A stretch of 64,000 bases of DNA, taken from the IMG/VR virus record IMGVR_UViG_3300003690_000005; one strand, 5' to 3'. A program made the position numbers and the translations under genes. Positions 59,112 through 64,000 of the stretch are shown piece by piece. How positions within the stretch are numbered: the stretch's first letter is position 1; the number at the start of each line of letters is the position of its first letter. The stretch comes from an uncultured virus (IMG/VR IMGVR_UViG_3300003690_000005). Lineage: Duplodnaviria; Heunggongvirae; Uroviricota; Caudoviricetes. The notes beneath the pieces were generated by a model. That model ran no database searches. It saw nothing but the letters and a program-made list of their open reading frames with translations, and was not told where the DNA came from.

Positions 59112-61185
59112 AGACCTTTTTGAAGATCTTTTTGATTCCGAGTCTGTTATTGTTGAAGCAGATGAGGCAAAACAACTTGAAACCCTCATAGAGCATTTAG
59201 ATACGCTTTACGAGGCAGGTGAAGATTGCATACACCCTGACACAGAGCGGTTGGTTGCTGATGCTCAATACGATGATTATAAAAATAAGTTATTTAAAGC
59301 AAAACCTAATTCGTATATATTTGAAACAGTTACTGCATCTAAATTAGATTCACAGGGAGGCATTGTTGTTCATGACCCTCCTATGACATCAATTTCTAAA
59401 ATTAATGGTACAGACGAAGAGAAAGAAGAAGATCTTACAGAATGGTTAAAAGCGTCAGCAAAATCTGAAAAAGATTTTGTGATGGGATACAAACATGATG
59501 GAGTCGCATGTTCTTTATATTATAAGGATGGTGCTTTAGTATCAGCGGGACTCAGACCCAGAGATGGGATTCATGGTGAAAATGTTGTAGATAATGTTCA
59601 ATTTGTTAAAGACGTGCCATTAGAATTGCCTGTTAAGGTCACATGTGTGATTAGAGGTGAGTTAGAGTGTCTTATCTCTGTATTTAACTCTCTTAATGGT
59701 AGCGACACAGTAGATCAAAGAGTCTTTGCTAATCCAAGAAATTATACAGCGGGAAGCGTTAGACAATTTAAAGACTGCCGTAAAACAGGGAAGAGAAATT
59801 TATCATTTACAGCATATTCTGTTGAGAATCTAGATAATCCGCCCTATAAGACAGAAATAGAAAGAGCAAAATGGGTTAGTGGTGTTCTTGGAATACCTTT
59901 TATTGAACTGGTTTATTTTAAGCACAAAAAATTAGAAGTCATGGAAGAGGTATCTGGCGATCTCGATTTTGAGGTTGATGGAATTGTTATTTCAGTCAAT
60001 GATCTTGAAGAACAAGAACAATTAGGTAGGCATGGAGATCAAGCAACAGGAAACCCCAAAGGAAAGATAGCATGGAAATTCAGAGACGAAATCGCCAGAG
60101 TAATAGTTAAAAATATTCGTTGGCAAGCAGGTAGAACAGGAAAATTGACTCCTGTGCTAGAATTTGATGCGGTTCAATTAGAAGGCACACAAGTAACTCA
60201 ATGTACGGCCCACAATGCCGGTGTCATAATGACACATGCTATACAGTCTGGCGTGGAAGTCGAAATTAAAAAATCAGGGAAGATTATTCCTAAATTTGAA
60301 AGAGTTATTTCTAAAATAGATGGTACTTTTGACTTAAATGTTGATAAGTGTCCTTCGTGTGGATCTGCTGTTGCTATTAATAAAAGTGGTTCTAAAGATA
60401 AAGGCGACTGGACATGTGAATTTGTTTGTAAAAACAAAGAATGTCCAGCAAAGCACATCAAAGGTTTGATGCATTATTTAACAACGATTGGGGTTAAAGG
60501 ACTTGCAGATAGCACAATTAAGAAATTAATAGAGAGCGGGTTGGTTAAGGTTAGATCAGATTTCTATTATCTTGATTTTAATGATTTACAGAATAAGGTT
60601 GGTTTTACTGAAAGACAATCTGCACTTATTTTGGCTAGAATATTTATGCTTTCTAGTCCAGAGAAAAATAAGGACACAGATAAACTTTTATTAGAAGCAA
60701 AGGATAAGAAAACAGTTTCTGTCCCTATAGAAAAGTTTATTGCTGCTTTAGGTATTATAGGTGCAAGCAAAGGAACTGCGAGAGCATTAGTTTCTCATTT
60801 TTCAGGTGATCTTAATAAAATAATGAATGCTTCTATAGATGAATTAGTAAAAGTTGAAGATATTGGAGAGAAAACAGCTATTGCTTTAGAGAAGTTTTTT
60901 GAAGATAATGATGGAGGAATTGATGAATTACTACGATTTGTAGAATTAGAGTTACCGAAGACTGGTAAATTAAGTGGTAAGACTTTTGTATTCAGCGGAA
61001 GTTTTCCAGATGGAAAAGAAACATGGCAAAACGCTGTTGCTGAATTAGGAGCGAAAATAGGAACCTCGGTATCTAACAAAACTGATTATGTTGTTATTGG
61101 TCCTGGTTCTGGTGCTAAAGAGAAAAAAGCTACAGAATTAGGAATAACAAAATTAGACATTGAAGATCTACAGGAGATGTTGTAA
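59104..61185 (+). CDS. ligA: NAD-dependent DNA ligase
   Basis: KHDG adenylation motif, RGE, NPRN, DGIV, GRTGKLTPV, Zn finger, HhH, BRCT. Confidence 0.95.
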   Translation: MAKDLFEDLFDSESVIVEADEAKQLETLIEHLDTLYEAGEDCIHPDTERLVADAQYDDYKNKLFKAKPNSYIFETVTASKLDSQGGIVVHDPPMTSISKINGTDEEKEEDLTEWLKASAKSEKDFVMGYKHDGVACSLYYKDGALVSAGLRPRDGIHGENVVDNVQFVKDVPLELPVKVTCVIRGELECLISVFNSLNGSDTVDQRVFANPRNYTAGSVRQFKDCRKTGKRNLSFTAYSVENLDNPPYKTEIERAKWVSGVLGIPFIELVYFKHKKLEVMEEVSGDLDFEVDGIVISVNDLEEQEQLGRHGDQATGNPKGKIAWKFRDEIARVIVKNIRWQAGRTGKLTPVLEFDAVQLEGTQVTQCTAHNAGVIMTHAIQSGVEVEIKKSGKIIPKFERVISKIDGTFDLNVDKCPSCGSAVAINKSGSKDKGDWTCEFVCKNKECPAKHIKGLMHYLTTIGVKGLADSTIKKLIESGLVKVRSDFYYLDFNDLQNKVGFTERQSALILARIFMLSSPEKNKDTDKLLLEAKDKKTVSVPIEKFIAALGIIGASKGTARALVSHFSGDLNKIMNASIDELVKVEDIGEKTAIALEKFFEDNDGGIDELLRFVELELPKTGKLSGKTFVFSGSFPDGKETWQNAVAELGAKIGTSVSNKTDYVVIGPGSGAKEKKATELGITKLDIEDLQEML

Positions 61186-61463
61186 TGGCTGTTATAGATG
61201 GACAAATAAACTTTAGTAGCCCTGCTTGTTTAGAACAGATGTCTTATTTGAAAAGTAGGTTAAACGAAGCATTAGATAGTTTGAGCGGTATACAGCAACC
61301 ACCTATGTCTACAGATACTAAAGAGGTTTGGGATGAGCATGAAGAGATGTGTGTCAAGGAAACAGAGAAGATTAGAGTAATTGCTGAGGAAATTTTTCTT
61401 GCTTTAACTGGGACTGGTTGCTTTGACTGTAATGAAGTTGTTGCAAAAACTTATGACGATTAA
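61185..61463 (+). CDS. Hypothetical protein
   Basis: TAATG overlap with the ligase. Confidence 0.6.
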   Translation: MAVIDGQINFSSPACLEQMSYLKSRLNEALDSLSGIQQPPMSTDTKEVWDEHEEMCVKETEKIRVIAEEIFLALTGTGCFDCNEVVAKTYDD

Positions 61464-61688
61464 GTGTTATGAACCATCCTCACCCAAAAATCTTTGAGTT
61501 ATCTCCAGAAGAACTTGACGAAGCTTTAAGAGATTATATAATGAAGAAGTGTCCAGATGCTGTTTTGCCACCTAACCGAATAACCTGTAGCCACCCTGAA
61601 CAATACTATGGTGGCAAAAGCTTTTATTATCCTGTTGTGGTGACGACGACATATCACCACGACAAAGACAAAGAAAAAGGATGAGTCT

Positions 61689-62309
61689 ATGAGTTGTCTC
61701 TTCTCAGAACATGAAACAGAACACACTAGAAAACGATTATCTTCTCATCCGAATCATTGTGGAGTATTTTTCAAGCAGTTGTTTATATGCATAGAGGAAG
61801 AGTGTGTGGAAACTCCTGATCGGCGTGTAGAGTTAAAGGTAGTGGATGGTAAATTTGTTTCAGATCGATACCAAGTTGCAATAACAGAAGAAGAGAAAAC
61901 AGGGAAGTGTGTTGAGCACGGGATACATGTTCATGTGCATCGTGATCCGCTTCCCGAAGGTCCAGCGCCTTTTTGCTCTTCTCGTAGTCTGTACTGGAGT
62001 GTTAATGTAGAGGTAACAGGGCGTCTCGAATGTTTTGTATCTGCTGGCCGACGTTTTATTGTTAGTGGTGATGCTGGCCGACGTTTTATTGTTAGTGGTG
62101 ATGCTGTGTTTACAGAAATAGAAATAAACAAAAAAGATTTTACAGATGCTCTGTTAAGTCAGATACCTGCAATGCATGAGCGTGGTATAGGAGAACCAGA
62201 GGTTCTTGTAAAAAGACTAGTTGATAAATATTTCCCAGAAGAAACTCCAGAAGAAATTGAAGAAGTGTATACCGAAGAAGTTGAACCTGAAGAACTAGTT
62301 TTAGTTTAA
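61689..62309 (+). CDS. Hypothetical protein with a 30-bp tandem duplication
   Basis: TGCTGGCCGACGTTTTATTGTTAGTGGTGA x2 at 62042-62101. Confidence 0.65.
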   Translation: MSCLFSEHETEHTRKRLSSHPNHCGVFFKQLFICIEEECVETPDRRVELKVVDGKFVSDRYQVAITEEEKTGKCVEHGIHVHVHRDPLPEGPAPFCSSRSLYWSVNVEVTGRLECFVSAGRRFIVSGDAGRRFIVSGDAVFTEIEINKKDFTDALLSQIPAMHERGIGEPEVLVKRLVDKYFPEETPEEIEEVYTEEVEPEELVLV

Positions 62310-62312
62310 ATT

Positions 62313-62648
62313 ATGTCAAAAACAAAAGTTGTTAATGTTAAAAAGAAAGATTTTGATGTCTATGTCGGCAGAGCAGTGCCTACTTATTACGATGCAAGGA
62401 TACAAGCAGGTAGTGAATTCGCTAATCCATTTAGCATAAATGATCGGGTAACTAGAGATCAGGCTATTGAACAATACAGAGAACATATTATTAGTAAATT
62501 GAAAAAAAATCCTAAGTTGAGAAATCGGTTAATGCAAATGGAAGGTAAAAAATTAGGATGCTGGTGTAGTCCTCGTCGATGTCATGGCGATGTATTGGTT
62601 GAATTAATTGAAGAAAATGTCAAGAAAAGAGACGATGAAGTACTATAA
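62313..62648 (+). CDS. DUF4326 family protein
   Basis: DVYVGR..SEFANPF..GKKLGCWCSP..CHGDVL. Confidence 0.85.
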   Translation: MSKTKVVNVKKKDFDVYVGRAVPTYYDARIQAGSEFANPFSINDRVTRDQAIEQYREHIISKLKKNPKLRNRLMQMEGKKLGCWCSPRRCHGDVLVELIEENVKKRDDEVL

Positions 62649-62823
62649 ACGTGTCGAATTGCAGATATGTATTATAGAGTTTATGTCGTTATTAATTCCT
62701 GTTTTATGTGGTTTATATTCATTCTATCAAGTTGGAATTTTAACTATTTTGTGAAAAAAATTAAAGGTTTGTATTACTGTAAATCGAACTTAGTCTTTAA
62801 CACCCTTTTTTAGGAGTTTCGTT

Positions 62824-63687
62824 ATGTTTAAGTCTTTATGGGCATCGTTGGTGCTGCTTGTTGCAGCGAGTCTCTCGTTTGGAGGAGTGGAAATTGTGCA
62901 AGAGGATCCTGTGGATATCACAGGAACTTTTAGCGTGGACGTGCTGACAAGTTATTTTGACAACGGCATATTGCAAGAAAATGCAGGAATTCTTATTCAG
63001 CCTGCACTTGAGTTTAATATTGCATTGCCGTTTGGTGATGGTTTGCTCGCAAACACTAGCGCAGTCGTAGGGACATGGCACAGCATTCATACAGATAGAA
63101 CTGGATCTATACATGATTCAGTTGCGCCGTGGTATGAAGCTGATGTCTATGTTGGATTAGAAAAAGGTATTGGCGACTTTACGACAGGTGCTTTTGTAGA
63201 AAGAGTTACAAGTCCCAGTGAAGCGTTTGAAGATTATACTGAATTTAATTTTGCAGTAGCATATGATGATTCTAAGTGGTGGGGCGAGCCGATTCTCCCC
63301 GGTTTTAATGGTTTGCAGCCTTCTGCTAATGTAACGGTAGAAGCTGGTGGATCAGTAGATGGTTCTGAGGAAGGAACGCTGTTAATATTGGGTATTGAGC
63401 CAGGTGTTAATATCGTTGCAAGTGAAAGCCAACCAGTTAATTTATATGTACCTGTAAGTGTAGGAATTGATTTAAACGATTATTACCAGTCGTTCGACAG
63501 CGAAACTACAAGTGGCTTGGGTTATGTTGAAGCTGGCTTGAAGCTTCAAACTGTGTTGCCGTTTTTGAACAATGCGACTATTCATGCTGGTCCTTATCTC
63601 GTATATTTCGATAATGATGCTAGAGATTTGAGTGCTGGCGATGATTATGAGGTTGTTGGAAAATTTGGACTTGAAATCCCATTTTAA
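62824..63687 (+). CDS. Outer-membrane beta-barrel (TorF/putative porin-like) protein
   Basis: Signal peptide; SYFDNGILQEN..IQP; WYEADVYVG; terminal Phe. Confidence 0.7.
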   Translation: MFKSLWASLVLLVAASLSFGGVEIVQEDPVDITGTFSVDVLTSYFDNGILQENAGILIQPALEFNIALPFGDGLLANTSAVVGTWHSIHTDRTGSIHDSVAPWYEADVYVGLEKGIGDFTTGAFVERVTSPSEAFEDYTEFNFAVAYDDSKWWGEPILPGFNGLQPSANVTVEAGGSVDGSEEGTLLILGIEPGVNIVASESQPVNLYVPVSVGIDLNDYYQSFDSETTSGLGYVEAGLKLQTVLPFLNNATIHAGPYLVYFDNDARDLSAGDDYEVVGKFGLEIPF

Positions 63688-63730
63688 TCAAGTCTTTTTG
63701 TTGCTGTTCTCTTTATGAGAGGACACCTTG

Positions 63731-63763
63731 GCCACTATGCCTGCGGAGGCTTAGTGGCTTTTT
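63731..63763 (+). terminator. Rho-independent terminator
   Basis: GCCACTA...TAGTGGC-TTTTT. Confidence 0.65.
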
Positions 63764-64000
63764 AATTTAGGAGATAACAATGAACATTGTTGATGATGTG
63801 ATTAACGAGTGTGCTCAGCCGTATGTAAACATGATAGATCTGTTGTTGGATATAAATACTGATATTTGGATTCTTCCGCGAGAACGTGTTTTTATAGATG
63901 CTTTAAATCAAAAATGTAAATCTATCCCTAATTGGTTTTCAAGTCGCGTACAGTCGTTGAAGCTAGAGAGAATTGCTTATGAACGGCTGAGTTCACTCAG

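Noticed and set aside
52896..61079. Short antisense ORFs overlapping the G8, kinase and ligase genes
   Set aside because: These are shadow ORFs of well-supported genes on the opposite strand.
1..64000. Alternative genetic code or diversity-generating retroelement
   Set aside because: Known genes are intact in code 11; no reverse transcriptase or adenine-specific repeat pair was seen.

Overview
The window looks like a segment of a large (jumbo-like) dsDNA phage genome, judged from dense small ORFs, a phage-type NAD-dependent DNA ligase, two tRNAs and no bacterial housekeeping operons. The host is probably Gram-negative. (1) 1-12 kb: about 30 small co-oriented ORFs, nearly each preceded by a conserved CTCCAG-N16-(G/A)ATAA..AAGGA..ATG unit, typical of an early/host-takeover region; one unit drives a probable structured ncRNA. 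(2) 12-27.7 kb: accessory enzymes (paired class I aaRS-like genes, HD nucleotidase, glycosyl- and methyltransferases) and a PspA + K+ channel module. (3) 28.3-47.7 kb, the most striking feature: 23 mostly overlap-coupled genes, plus one at 51.2 kb, whose unrelated products (helicase, several ADP-ribosyltransferase-like, GNATs, pyrophosphatase, metallopeptidase, HAD, nucleotidyltransferase) all begin with MNWY(K/N)..., often followed by KxA(Q). I infer this is a shared capsid-packaging/processing signal for a modular cocktail of injected effectors. (4) 48-64 kb: a candidate replication origin, G8 beta-helix protein, hybrid histidine kinase, tRNAs, DNA ligase and a porin-like gene. Two IS200/IS605-type non-autonomous elements lie at 24.8 and 56.8 kb. 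All domain calls are by-eye motif recognition; no database searches were run.
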